64,000 nucleotides of DNA from Thermoguttaceae bacterium (lineage in GTDB: Bacteria; Planctomycetota; Planctomycetia; Pirellulales; Thermoguttaceae): NCBI GenBank assembly GCA_017557195.1, contig JAFZAL010000007.1, positions 7,260 to 71,259 on the forward strand, in the 5' to 3' direction. Both the position numbers and the translations under genes were made by a program. Shown piece by piece: positions 1-10,300 of the stretch. The notes under the pieces are model-generated. The model did no database searches. It saw only the letters and a program-made list of their open reading frames with translations, and was not told where the DNA came from. How positions within the stretch are numbered: the stretch's first letter is position 1; every line of letters begins with the position of its first letter.

Positions 1-13
1 GATTCGAAATGGA

Positions 14-1591
14 ATGACGCCGGAGACGATTGAAACTATCGCGACCGTCGTTCCGCAAACGGCTGTTCAGACGCAGGCGTGGCTGGCTCAGGCTTCGGAA
101 TCCGCCGTGGCGTACGAGCAAACGGAATCGCAGCCGCAGGCGGCGAAATGGTCGGCGGCGTTACAGCAAACGGTGAAAGTACTCGACGCCCCGCTGCTGC
201 GTCCGGTTTACGCTCAGGCGCTGGAAACGAACAACGCGGTCAGCGCCAGCGCAGCAATCGTCCATTTACGGGAAATCTACGACCGAGCCTGGGCGATTCT
301 CTCTGCTTCCGGAGACGACGCCGCTCAAAAGCGGCTGGAACTCAAGGCGGAAGTCGAACAGATTTACGATCAGCAGGTAACGCTCAATGAGGCGACAAAG
401 TCCATTCAAAAGGACGACAACATCGAAACGGCGACGCTGGCAAGCCGTCAGCAGGAGTTGGCAGACAGGGTCGGGGCGCTCGACGCTCCCAACATGACTG
501 TTGTAACAGATACTTTGTTACAAGCACGAGCGTATATGGCGCAAGCCGCCGAGTTCATTCAGCAAGGACAAAGCGTCGAAAACATTGCCGTCTGTCAAAA
601 CGAGGCGACAGAACGGTTAGAGCAGATTCTCGACACGCTCAACGAAGCGGAACAGCTGGCAATTCTGGCGATGAACAGAGCGAACGAATCGGAAGTCGCT
701 CAGCCGGATTCTGCCGACAATTCCGACGCCGACAGGCCGCAGAGCAAGGTTTCTATTGAAGACTTGAAACTACTGGAATTGCAGCAGCGTCAGGTTTTGG
801 AGCAAACGCGTCAGGCGTACGCTGACGCCTTGGACGCCGGGTCGATGACGCTTTCGGAAGAGTCCGCCGCGGTATTGGCGGACAGACAGCAACGGCTGGC
901 GTCGTTGACGTGGTTTTTGACGACTGTTACAGTTTCGCCGGAACTGCTTCGCGGGGAGCGTCCGAAAGACGCCGATTCTCCCGACTCTCTCGACGACGCC
1001 CTGTTGGGCGACCTGACCGCTGAGGTTGAGGAGAATCTATCCGACGCTCAAAAAGCCGAACGGGAACAAAAGCGAAAAGAGCAGGAATTCCTCGATACGG
1101 TTTGGAACGAGTTGGGAACCGCCGCGGTGTCGGAAGAGGACGCGCCGCTGCTGGAAATCGTCCGGCTCATGCGGCAGACGTACGAGCTGTTCAAGCTCCG
1201 CGACGCCGGCGAAATCAATCAGGGACTGCAGGAACAGATTTGCGATCATTTTATTTCGTTTATCAATCAGCTGTCGTTTTCCCGAAGTAAACAGAAGGAC
1301 GCTAACAGCAAAGCGCCGGAGTCGGGCGACAAGAAACAGAACGATCAAAACCAGAACGAAGGCGCCGACGACGAAAAGACAGTTGACGCCTCAACGCCGG
1401 GCGCGGGCGAGAAAACGTCTGACGGCGAGTCACAGACGATCTCAGACGAACAAGCTGAGACATTAAAGCGCCGCATCTGGGGCGAGCTTCCGCCGGAAAT
1501 CCAGCAGGCGTTCCCGATAGATACAAAACCGATTCCACTGCCGGGCTATCAAGACAAAATTGACCGGTACTGGAAAGAATTGGAAAAATGA
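14..1591 (+). CDS. hypothetical acidic Ala/Gln/Glu-rich protein; probably the 3' part of a gene that starts left of the window
   Basis: 525-aa ORF. The frame stays open back to position 2, so the ATG at 14 may be internal. No catalytic motif recognised. C-terminal motif GYQDKIDRYWKELEK. A hairpin repeat follows a few nt after the stop. Confidence 0.55.
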   Translation: MTPETIETIATVVPQTAVQTQAWLAQASESAVAYEQTESQPQAAKWSAALQQTVKVLDAPLLRPVYAQALETNNAVSASAAIVHLREIYDRAWAILSASGDDAAQKRLELKAEVEQIYDQQVTLNEATKSIQKDDNIETATLASRQQELADRVGALDAPNMTVVTDTLLQARAYMAQAAEFIQQGQSVENIAVCQNEATERLEQILDTLNEAEQLAILAMNRANESEVAQPDSADNSDADRPQSKVSIEDLKLLELQQRQVLEQTRQAYADALDAGSMTLSEESAAVLADRQQRLASLTWFLTTVTVSPELLRGERPKDADSPDSLDDALLGDLTAEVEENLSDAQKAEREQKRKEQEFLDTVWNELGTAAVSEEDAPLLEIVRLMRQTYELFKLRDAGEINQGLQEQICDHFISFINQLSFSRSKQKDANSKAPESGDKKQNDQNQNEGADDEKTVDASTPGAGEKTSDGESQTISDEQAETLKRRIWGELPPEIQQAFPIDTKPIPLPGYQDKIDRYWKELEK

Positions 1592-1597
1592 GTATAA

Positions 1598-1696
1598 TGG
1601 GTAGTGAGAGAGTGGTTAGTGGTAAGTGGTTAGTAGAAAGTGGTAAGTGAGATGAGCGCTTTGCGTCCTTACCACTTAGCGCTTAAAACTAACCAT
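1598..1696. repeat. 7-mer-arm hairpin element (GGTAAGT / ACTTACC arms)
   Basis: Left arm is ggtagtgagagagtggttagtggtaagtggttagtagaaagtggtaagtgag. Core is agcgctttgcgtcc (1655-1668). Right arm ttaccacttagcgcttaaaactaaccat is complementary to the left arm. Confidence 0.8.
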
Positions 1697-1706
1697 TGAA
1701 ACAAAC

Positions 1707-1779
1707 TATCCGAGGTCGGATTCGAACCGACGACCTTCGGTTTAGGAAACCGGCGCTCTATCCTCTGAGCTACTCAGAC
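1707..1779 (-). tRNA. tRNA-Arg (anticodon CCU)
   Basis: 73-nt cloverleaf on the minus strand. Acceptor GTCTGAG/CTCGGAT (G1-U72 wobble). D arm GCTC-AGAGGATA-GAGC. Anticodon arm CCGGT-TTCCTAA-ACCGA, with U33 and A37 flanking CCT. Variable loop AGGTC. T arm GTCGG-TTCGAAT-CCGAC. Discriminator A; CCA is not encoded. Confidence 0.85.
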
Positions 1780-1851
1780 AACCCGGAATTTTCATTCCTT
1801 AATACGTTTATATTTTTACCACAAACTCCAAAATTAGCAAGGAGGGGAACA

Positions 1852-1927
1852 AGTGCATAGTGCGTAGTGCATAGTGCATAGGGAAAAGAACTACGCACTA
1901 AGCACTAGGTACTAGGCACTAAGCACT
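1852..1927. repeat. 7-mer-arm hairpin element (GTGCATA / TATGCAC arms, no conserved core)
   Basis: Left arm agtgcatagtgcgtagtgcatagtgcatag, loop ggaaaagaa, right arm ctacgcactaagcactaggtactaggcactaagcact (imperfect reverse complement). Confidence 0.8.
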
Positions 1928-1936
1928 CCCTAAAAC

Positions 1937-3214
1937 ATGTATTCACAAAATCGTAATCGCACTGTCGTTATCGGCGGCGGCTTGGCGGGACTTAGCGCGG
2001 CGTGGAATGCGGCGCAAGCCGGTCATGATGTCGTTGTGCTGGAACGGTCGCCGTATCTGGGCGGACGGTGCGGGTCGTTTTACGATTTGCCGTCTCTGCG
2101 TTGGCTGGACAACTGTCCGCACTTATTTTTGGACTGTTGTGACGGCGTGAGGGAGTTCTTTACTCAAACGGGGTTGATCGAGTTCTGGAAGCCGGAACGG
2201 GAATTCTACTTTTATCCGCCGGGCAAACCGGCAACGGCGCCGCGAACGTTTAAAGAATCAGACCGGTTACCGGGCATGCTGCGACTGGAACCCGCCTTGA
2301 GGAGTTTGAACTACCTGTCGTGGAAAGAGCGGTTGAGAATCGTCTTTGATATGCTGGCCATTGCGCGTCAAAAGACGTTTGACGGCTCGTTCGGTCAGTG
2401 GCTCGACAAGCGTAAAACGCCGACGTCCGTTCGGACGCTGTTCTATGAGCCGATTGTGATGAGCGCTCTTTCCTGCTCGCTCGACCGTCCATGTTACAAA
2501 ATGGTTCGGAAAGTTTTCGTCTGCTCTTTCTTTGAGGGACGAAACCGATGGAACTGCTCTCTGCCGACCATTCCGCTTCGGGAACTGTTCGACGTCAAAC
2601 TGGCGGCGGCGTTACAAGATCAGGGGGTGGAAATTCGCCGCGGCTGTACGGTCGAGGAACTGGAGCGAGGCAAAAACCGCATTCGCGCCGTAAGACTGTC
2701 AACCGGCGAACGGATTCTTGCCGAGAAATACGTCCTGGCGACGAACTTCTCAACGGCGCAAACGCTCTTTCCTCCGCTTGCTCCGTTAGCGGAATCGTAT
2801 CAGACGGAATCCATTTCCAGCGTTCATTTCTGGACGGATTCGCCGTTTCTTCCCACGCCGCACGGGGTCTTTCCGGAACGGACGATACAGTGGATTTTCT
2901 CCGGCGAGAAAGACGAGCTGGGATACTATCATTGCGGCGTCGTTTCGGGTACGAACAGCTGGCAGGAACGAAAGAACGGGTTCAAATCCCAGGTTCGTCA
3001 GGAGTTGGCGGAACTCAACCCGGAATCGAAAATCCTGAGATTGGAAACAACGCATTGGAAGGACGCCGTTTGCGTTCCGTCGGTTGAATGGACGAAGGCA
3101 AGACAGAGCTGGTTTGAACAAACGACGCTGCCGGAGAATCTTGAACTCGCCGGCGACTGGACGAATCTTAACTGGCCGTCGACGATGGAAGCGGCGATCG
3201 CAATTAGCAATTAG
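1937..3214 (+). CDS. FAD-dependent oxidoreductase of the amine-oxidase / phytoene-desaturase family (HpnE-like hydroxysqualene dehydroxylase candidate)
   Basis: N-terminal Rossmann dinucleotide motif VVIGGGLAGLSAAWNAAQAGHDVVVLE..LGGR. C-terminal LAGDWT....PSTMEAAI, typical of this family. 425 aa. The subfamily assignment is inference only. Confidence 0.75.
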   Translation: MYSQNRNRTVVIGGGLAGLSAAWNAAQAGHDVVVLERSPYLGGRCGSFYDLPSLRWLDNCPHLFLDCCDGVREFFTQTGLIEFWKPEREFYFYPPGKPATAPRTFKESDRLPGMLRLEPALRSLNYLSWKERLRIVFDMLAIARQKTFDGSFGQWLDKRKTPTSVRTLFYEPIVMSALSCSLDRPCYKMVRKVFVCSFFEGRNRWNCSLPTIPLRELFDVKLAAALQDQGVEIRRGCTVEELERGKNRIRAVRLSTGERILAEKYVLATNFSTAQTLFPPLAPLAESYQTESISSVHFWTDSPFLPTPHGVFPERTIQWIFSGEKDELGYYHCGVVSGTNSWQERKNGFKSQVRQELAELNPESKILRLETTHWKDAVCVPSVEWTKARQSWFEQTTLPENLELAGDWTNLNWPSTMEAAIAISN

Positions 3215-3243
3215 CAATTGTCAATTAGCAATTGACGCAAGAG
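3199..3243. repeat. half element: (CAATTAG)x5 arm plus core-like gacgcaagag
   Basis: Sequence is cgcaattagcaattagcaattgtcaattagcaattgacgcaagag. The TAG stop of the upstream CDS (3212-3214) lies inside the second unit. No right arm is seen. Confidence 0.7.
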
Positions 3244-3252
3244 TTGTTTATA

Positions 3253-3279
3253 TAAAAAAAGCGGGAGTTTTACTCCCGC
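3253..3279 (-). terminator. rho-independent terminator for the minus-strand PEP-CTERM gene (possibly bidirectional)
   Basis: Stem GCGGGAGT (3261-3268), loop ttt, stem ACTCCCGC (3272-3279). On the minus strand the hairpin is followed by a T-run, the complement of aaaaaaa at 3254-3260. It lies 30 nt past the stop of the 3311..6646 gene. Confidence 0.6.
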
Positions 3280-3310
3280 GATATCTTTGTTACGACTTTA
3301 TATCTACTAA

Positions 3311-6300
3311 TTATTTCTTGTTAGCTTTCTTTCGCCAGAACAGCAGCCCGGCGGCGCCGAGAATGAGCAGCGCCCAAGTTGACGGTTCGGGCACGTAATA
3401 AGTTGTTGTCAGATACAGATTGCCGTCTTTGCCCTTTAAGGCGAATTGTCTATGAGTAGAATCGCTTCCGTATCGGTTGGTAAGCAAGTAGCTATAATCC
3501 CCGTTATCTACGTTAGCGCCCTCGATAAGAAGGTACCAGCAATCATCTACCGCCCAAGCGTCTTTATCGCCCTTTAGAAACTCAAGGGCAATGAGACCGC
3601 TATCGCTGGAATCGAACTCAAACGACCCGTTGCTAATATACAATACGTCGTGATAGTTAACGTCCTCTATGTCGCCGGGGAACGTTCCGAACTCAAACAG
3701 CGCGATTCCAGAGTCTTTAATTTGCACGTTCCCGGTAACATAGGCTTTACCGATAAGATCAGCATCCTCAAAGGAGCCGGGGGAGAAAACGCCTTTCTCG
3801 ACTTCCAAAGACGCATCGAGATAACCGGCGTAATCCACCCGACCAGAGGAAATAACGAAGCTCTCAGCTCCCACTAACCCGTCAGCCGCCGCGACAATTT
3901 GCAATGCGCCATCGCCGGTTTTCTCAACAACGCCGTTGCCAAGAACCTGCAGCTTGTCTTCTTCCATCGTTAGCTGTCGCGTTTTCGTTTCCGTATTCAA
4001 TTCGAGCATTGTAGCGTTTTCTGTTTTCTTTTCCAACGTAAATACGCCGGAATAATCTTCTATTTCGTCGAACTGAACGGTCAGCTTGCCGTCGTTGCTG
4101 ATCGTCGTGTCGTTGAAACGAAAATGGTTTGTCGTATCCGCGGTTTCTGTTCCAGGAATGAACTCTCTACCGTAAACGGTAACATTCGCCGCGCTGATTG
4201 ACGTGGAGCCGGCGTAAATGCCGCCATTGAACGTATAAACGCCATCGCCTACAAACGACAATTCATCTTTGCAGTAAATATCGTTCGCTAAAGCTTCACC
4301 TAGCGTCGATTCATCTCCCGTAGCTACATTGTTGAAAAAGTTGGCTTGCGATGGGTCGTCTTGAATAACTGAGCCATCAAAGACGATGCCGCCGCCCGAT
4401 TGGTAAATCGCGCCGCCGTTAATCGCCTTGTTATTTTTAATAGATAAAACGCTATTAGATGTAAAATTAATGTCGCTATTAACGTCGTTGTAAATCGCGC
4501 CGCCCTTGCCGTTTTCGGCGTAATTTCGATTGATTACCAGTTCGTCGATAGCATTAAACGTCAAGTCGTCGATATTTGTCGCGCCAGCGGCGGCAGTTCG
4601 GTAAATAGCCCCGCCGGAACCGGCATTTGCTATGTTGTCTGTAATAGCAAGATTATTCAAGGCGTTAAACGTCGTTGATCCGTCGGATGTGGCAACCTCG
4701 TAAATCGCGCCGCCGCTTTCTCCAGCCACGTTATTTTTAAAGTTAAGGTGCTCTCCTACGATTAAATTCTTTTTTGACTCGAGATAAATCGCGCCGCCAT
4801 TTTGGCTGGCGGTATTACTGCTAAATTCCAGGGAAATGCATTCTAGGTTGAAGTCATAATCAGGCGCAGAGTGGTAAATCGCGCCGCCGCTTATACCAGC
4901 CTCGTTTTGTTGAAAACTCATCGCGCCAAAGGAAACTAAGTCCATCTCGGAGTTAGCGTTATAAACAGCTCCGCCGGAACCGCCCGCCATATTGCGGGAA
5001 ACCGTTACCGTGCCGCTGTCGTGATTTCCATGGATACAAAACAACGGATTATCGTCGGAGGATGAGTTATAAATCGCGGAGGATGCGTTATAAATCGCGC
5101 CGCCGTTGCCGGTAGCGAAATTATTTTCAAAAGTCAATTTTGCATTGGTAGAACCTTCCTCCACGTTCGTAAGAATCTGCAACTTTTTTGCAGTGGAATA
5201 AATCGCTCCGCCGTTGCAACCATCTGCATTCCAGTAAGGCGCTGCTGGATCGTCGCTTGGACGATAACCAGCATAGTTATTACTAATAGTTAAGTTGTTT
5301 GTACCGTCAATTAAGATAGTATTCTCCGCGGCTTGACCGTTGTAATCGCCGCTATAAATGGCGCCGCCGTTGCCGGCAGAGGCGTAATTTCGTTTAATTG
5401 TCATCTCTGCGACAGCTTTAATTTCCGCGTTGGCGCCTTCGTTGTAAATAAACCCTCCGGAACCGGTATTTGCGAGGTTGTCTGTAACGGTAACCTTATT
5501 GGCGTCAAAGGTAATCTTTGCAGGCGCTTCGCCCTGGTTATAAATCACGCCGCCATTGTTACCAGCGGAGTTATTATTAACGTAGATTTCATTATTTGAC
5601 GCTTCTGACGCAATGATGTTTATGCTTCCACTGCCTGCGTTGTAAATCGCCCCGCCAGAACCATTGTTGGCGCTGTTATACGTCAAGCTGACTTTTGTAC
5701 TGGATGTGATGTTAATATTGCCGCTTGAATCGCTATAAATAAAGCCGCCAGAATTTGTGGCAGTGTTCTGATAAATGCGCAGACTGTTGGCGCCTGTTGC
5801 GGTAAGGGAAACGTCGCCTTTGTCGGTAGCGTAAATCACCCCTCCGCTATCCGACGCAGAATTAGAGGAAATATCGAGATTTGCGCTCGTACTGGTAAAA
5901 CCAGACGTATATGCAACGGACCCTCGAACGCCGCGAGTATTATTACTCAAATTTAAAGATGAGTTGACTTGATCGCTAAAGCTAATGTCTACTTTAAGCG
6001 GCTTTCCTTCATCAAAAACATCATCATCATTATCATTCGAGTTTCCAAAACCAAAAGTAGTATTATAAATGTTGAGATAACGTTCTGCGTTTATTTTCAC
6101 CGTCGAATTGCTATTGCTCGAGGATATTACCCCCTTCATATCATGAAATGACGCGCCGTCATTCAAATTAAGGGTAAGGAAATTACTCACGCCGGAATTC
6201 ATATTTAAAAAGACATTGTTGCCGCCGTACCAGCTGCCATAATATCCCACATTAGTTAAGGTTAGAGTCGCGTTGTTCGTTTGATCCACAAACTGAAACG

Positions 6301-6646
6301 CCGGGTTTTTCCCACAGGGGCTTAAGTCAATGTCAACGCTGGCGCCGGAGCCGGATTGAAGTGTAAAATCGGCGCCTCCGGGTATGGTAAACGTTCCATT
6401 TTGTTTCGTTTCGCCTGACATATAATAAACCTTCACATAGTCGCCAACGGCAAGGGAAGGGGAGGATAGCACCACGTTTACACGAGTTCCACTGGCGACT
6501 TGGGTTCCAGCGCTATTGTAACGTACAAATGTGTTTTGAGCATACAGGTTCCCGAGCGAGGCTCCGAATGCAGCCAAAGCGATAACGATTGTTAAAACGC
6601 GAGACGTGTTGAAACGTATGGATCGGAAAGTAGGAATAAAGTTCAT
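3311..6646 (-). CDS. PEP-CTERM-anchored surface protein with polymorphic-membrane-protein (Pmp-type) repeats
   Basis: N-terminal signal peptide (VLTIVIALAAFGASLGNLYAQ). About 15 GG[AFV][IV]Y motifs, each preceded by FxxN-like motifs (e.g. FENNFATGNGGAIYN, FQQNEAGISGGAIYH). C-terminus VPEPSTWALLILGAAGLLFWRKKANKK gives PEP motif, TM helix and basic tail. Confidence 0.85.
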   Translation of the reverse strand: MNFIPTFRSIRFNTSRVLTIVIALAAFGASLGNLYAQNTFVRYNSAGTQVASGTRVNVVLSSPSLAVGDYVKVYYMSGETKQNGTFTIPGGADFTLQSGSGASVDIDLSPCGKNPAFQFVDQTNNATLTLTNVGYYGSWYGGNNVFLNMNSGVSNFLTLNLNDGASFHDMKGVISSSNSNSTVKINAERYLNIYNTTFGFGNSNDNDDDVFDEGKPLKVDISFSDQVNSSLNLSNNTRGVRGSVAYTSGFTSTSANLDISSNSASDSGGVIYATDKGDVSLTATGANSLRIYQNTATNSGGFIYSDSSGNINITSSTKVSLTYNSANNGSGGAIYNAGSGSINIIASEASNNEIYVNNNSAGNNGGVIYNQGEAPAKITFDANKVTVTDNLANTGSGGFIYNEGANAEIKAVAEMTIKRNYASAGNGGAIYSGDYNGQAAENTILIDGTNNLTISNNYAGYRPSDDPAAPYWNADGCNGGAIYSTAKKLQILTNVEEGSTNAKLTFENNFATGNGGAIYNASSAIYNSSSDDNPLFCIHGNHDSGTVTVSRNMAGGSGGAVYNANSEMDLVSFGAMSFQQNEAGISGGAIYHSAPDYDFNLECISLEFSSNTASQNGGAIYLESKKNLIVGEHLNFKNNVAGESGGAIYEVATSDGSTTFNALNNLAITDNIANAGSGGAIYRTAAAGATNIDDLTFNAIDELVINRNYAENGKGGAIYNDVNSDINFTSNSVLSIKNNKAINGGAIYQSGGGIVFDGSVIQDDPSQANFFNNVATGDESTLGEALANDIYCKDELSFVGDGVYTFNGGIYAGSTSISAANVTVYGREFIPGTETADTTNHFRFNDTTISNDGKLTVQFDEIEDYSGVFTLEKKTENATMLELNTETKTRQLTMEEDKLQVLGNGVVEKTGDGALQIVAAADGLVGAESFVISSGRVDYAGYLDASLEVEKGVFSPGSFEDADLIGKAYVTGNVQIKDSGIALFEFGTFPGDIEDVNYHDVLYISNGSFEFDSSDSGLIALEFLKGDKDAWAVDDCWYLLIEGANVDNGDYSYLLTNRYGSDSTHRQFALKGKDGNLYLTTTYYVPEPSTWALLILGAAGLLFWRKKANKK

Positions 6647-7380
6647 AATGTTAATAACCTCTAAAAGTGTAAAAAGGGGTTAGTTAGGAGCGAGAAGTCG
6701 ACGCGCGGCGCCGGTTACGACTAACTGTAACCTCTTTGCTATTCTACAAAATTGCCTCGTTGTCCAATTTGCGAAGAACATAGACCAGGTAACGGCGGAT
6801 TATTACGTAATCTACCGTTGAATTGAAATTTTGCGCAAAGACCGATGGATAAACCAGAGCGATTACGGCAAATACAATTTGTCGAGTAAATGGTTTTATT
6901 CATAGTGTAACGGCTAAAAAGGGTAGGGGTTAACAGTAAACGACTCTAATTGACGTTGTAAACATCGGGGAGGGTAAGGCGATAGCCGCTACTGTGGTTA
7001 TTGGATTGCTCTTCCTGGTGGAACGCGTAAGAAACGTTTACAAAAATCAAAGTCAATTTTTGCTTAGTCGTTTACTTGACTAGTATTATAACTAATAATT
7101 TTAAATTTGAAGCGCCTGTTTCAAAAAATTTTTAAAAAAATTTCCCCCATTTTATTAAAAAGGTAGTAATTATACAGGCAACGCCGAATTGAGACCGCAG
7201 AAAACGACTTTTCTTCAACCCAACTCTGACTTTATAGCGTTCTTCCCGATTTTTTTCTTTTTCTCAACTTTTATTAAATACGTGGTCAGTTTGAAACGAT
7301 AATACCAATGATAACGATTAGGTAAAATCGGTATTTATGAATATATTTGTAAAGTAAAAATTGACAAAATAGGCGTTGTC

Positions 7381-10300
7381 GTGAGTACGGAACACAACAA
7401 TTTGTTTGCTGACTTTGAACCTCTGAAGAATGCGGGGATGTCGAATGCCGTGGATTTCTCGGCGTCGGAGCCGCTTTCAGGGTTGACTGACGGGACTTCT
7501 TCCCGTTTTCAAGGTTTGATTCCAGAACCGACGGACGCTCTGTTTGACAAAATGTGGGAATCGTGCGATTCCCTGAATAATAGCGTTCCCAATACGTCCG
7601 TTCCGAGTCTGAACGATCAAAAGGAGTTCCAACCTCTTTCCCCAGACGCCTTTATGAGACCAGTGAGCGTTCTGGAAGGACGAGGCTCGGCTCCGATTTT
7701 TGACGACGTCCTGCCGGAACAAAACCGTTCGCCCCGGCGTTCTTCCCAGCCAACTCAAATCGTTCCTTCAGAGAGCGAAATTGCGTATTTTGAACGAATG
7801 TGGGAAACTGGAGAGTTTCCAGAACACGAAACAGATCAAAAGTCTAACGTCTTGTCAAATGAGGAGTTAGAGTTGAGAATCGAGGATTCGGACCGCCTCC
7901 TGAGCTCAACTTGCAGTTCTAAACCGTTGTTCGACAGCGTTGAAATTCCGCAATTGCTGAATAGTAAAGCGGATGACCAGGAAGAGAATCGCAAGGGATT
8001 GGCGGCTAAACGCGAAGAGCGGATTCGTTCGCAGAGATCAACTGACGATTCCCCGCGCGCTGAACAGACCGCGCCTGCAGTTCAAACCTCCAAGTCGTGG
8101 GGCGGCTGGACGTTAAGTCTGATTAGCGCCGTGATCGCTCTGCTGGTTGGTCTGTTTATTTTTGGATGGAATATCCTCCCGGCGTATTTGGTGCAATGTC
8201 AGATTCAACAGGCGACGGGATTGTCTTTGCGATTGGACAACGTCCATCAGGATTATCGAGCGGGAATTACAAAGGTGGAGTCAATTCAGGCGTTTGATTC
8301 CGCTCAGCGTCCATTTTTTGAAACGGGACGTACGACGTTTTCCAGCAGTTTGCCGTATTTTGTTGGAAACAACAATAATATGAACTGGGCGATGGTTGAG
8401 GGAATTCGTTTTGCGCCGACGCCGTCCTACGTCAATCCCAACGCAGCGTCTTTGCGAAACAACGAGTTTTACAAGGCTCTCAAATCCGTTGAGAAAGAAC
8501 TGGACGATTCGCAGATAGATTTGTTGGTCAAGAATTCCGTTTCGACGATTTCGTCGCCGTACGAGCAGACGATTCGCCGCGCTGAACAGGAAGTTAAGGA
8601 TATTACGCAGCAAATTCAGGTTCTTCAGGAACGTCTGTTGTCTTCCGGCGACGAAGCGACTGACGCCGATAAAGCTCAAGCGACGTCTTATCAGCAGAGA
8701 ATGAAGATGGCGTTGAGCGACATGTCGATTGAGGAAAGCCTGTACAACCAAAGAAATGCGGCTCTGTTGAACAACCTCCGCAGCAAACGCGATCACAATC
8801 GGGCGGAATCGAACGTTCCCGCTGTTACGCATGGAGTTGTAACAGAATACCTCTTTGGTCAGGATTACACGGCGTTTACAGGTCAGTTCCTGTATGAAAT
8901 TCGACAATTCTGCCGATGGCTTCCAAAGGATTTGGAAAAGGCGCTGGGGCCGGTGGACAAGCTGGATCCGTCTGCGCTGTCGTTTCGTCGAATTGAAACT
9001 CAAGAACAGCTTGCGGTCGGTCAGATTCGTTTGACCGGTCAGACGCAGTTTATGAATCAGACGGTTCCGTTCTCGGCTGTAATTACCAATTATTCAACCA
9101 AGCCGAACGGCAAACCTCTCGTGTTGGACGTTGCCTTTGGAGAAGATCAGACGGCTCGTCTTCGCATGGAAGCGCGGCGCGGTGAAAACCGGACGGAAAT
9201 TAAAGTGGAGTATGTTTCTTCAAACGTTAATCCCGGAGCGCTGTTTGGTCTGGAAGACGGATTGCACGTTAAACTGGAACCGGATGAAAAGACTCCGTTT
9301 ATCCAAACGAGAAGCATTCAGTTTATTGTCGCCGATGGAAGAATTCAGGGCGAATACGCGATGGCTCAAACGGCGCCGTTCGTTTCGATTGGCGTCAGCG
9401 GCGTTCGTTCTCAAAGCAATGTCGAGAGATTGAATCAACTGGTTCAAAACGTTGAAAAGATTACTCTCAACGGCTCTATTAGCGGACAGTTCTCCAAACC
9501 GGAGCTTCGCGTCAGTTCGAATTTGGAATCGATGGGAATTCCCGTTTTGACAGTTGCCGCCAACGAATACGACCAGCGTATGGATGAGTATCGAACGGCT
9601 ATTGAAAAGAAGAGTTCCGAACTCATTGAACAGGAGCAAAAGCGAATTGCCAAAATCGCCGAGGACGTCAAAGTCAGCGCCAACGGCAACGCTCTGCTGC
9701 TCAACCAGCTCTGTTCAGGCGCGGTGGACTCGCAAATTGTCGTTGAGAAAGAGCCGGCAAACGCTGAGCCGGAAGTCAAAGAGGAAACGACGGACGAGGC
9801 AAAGCTTGCGGATTCCGAAGACGAATTAACTCTTCCGAGCGTGGAAGACCTGACCGTTGAGGACGATGCGTCGGCGGTTTCTCCCGAAGATATGCCGTTC
9901 CCGGAATTGCCAGTTCCTGAAGCGGAACCGGCTCAGGCGTCTGCTCAAATTGCAGCGGGCGACGTTATGGTCGAGGATCTGCCGCCTCTGGACGCTCCCG
10001 AAACGGCGCTGCCCATGGAAACGGAATCAAACGTTACACAAATCGCGCCTCAGCAGACCGAGCAAAACGCCCCGGTTGAAATGGTCGAAGAATATCCGGA
10101 ACTTCCTGCTCTGCCGAGCGTTGAAGAGTTGTTGTCAGAACAAGCTGATGCGAAAGAGCAGTCAGGGAATGCGGAACAGGGAATAAGCGCCAGCGCTTCG
10201 CCGTCTCAGACCTTTGGAGAGCTTCCCTCTCTTGAAGAACTGGCGCCTGAGTCTGGAATTCCAATGACGGCTCCGCAAACCAACGACAATTCAGCGGGAG

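Noticed and set aside
1700-1940. tRNA-Arg as a possible integration site for a genomic island or prophage
   Set aside because: There is no integrase, no direct repeat of the tRNA 3' end and no phage-like genes nearby. The flanking sequence is the ubiquitous heptamer hairpin repeat and ordinary chromosomal genes.
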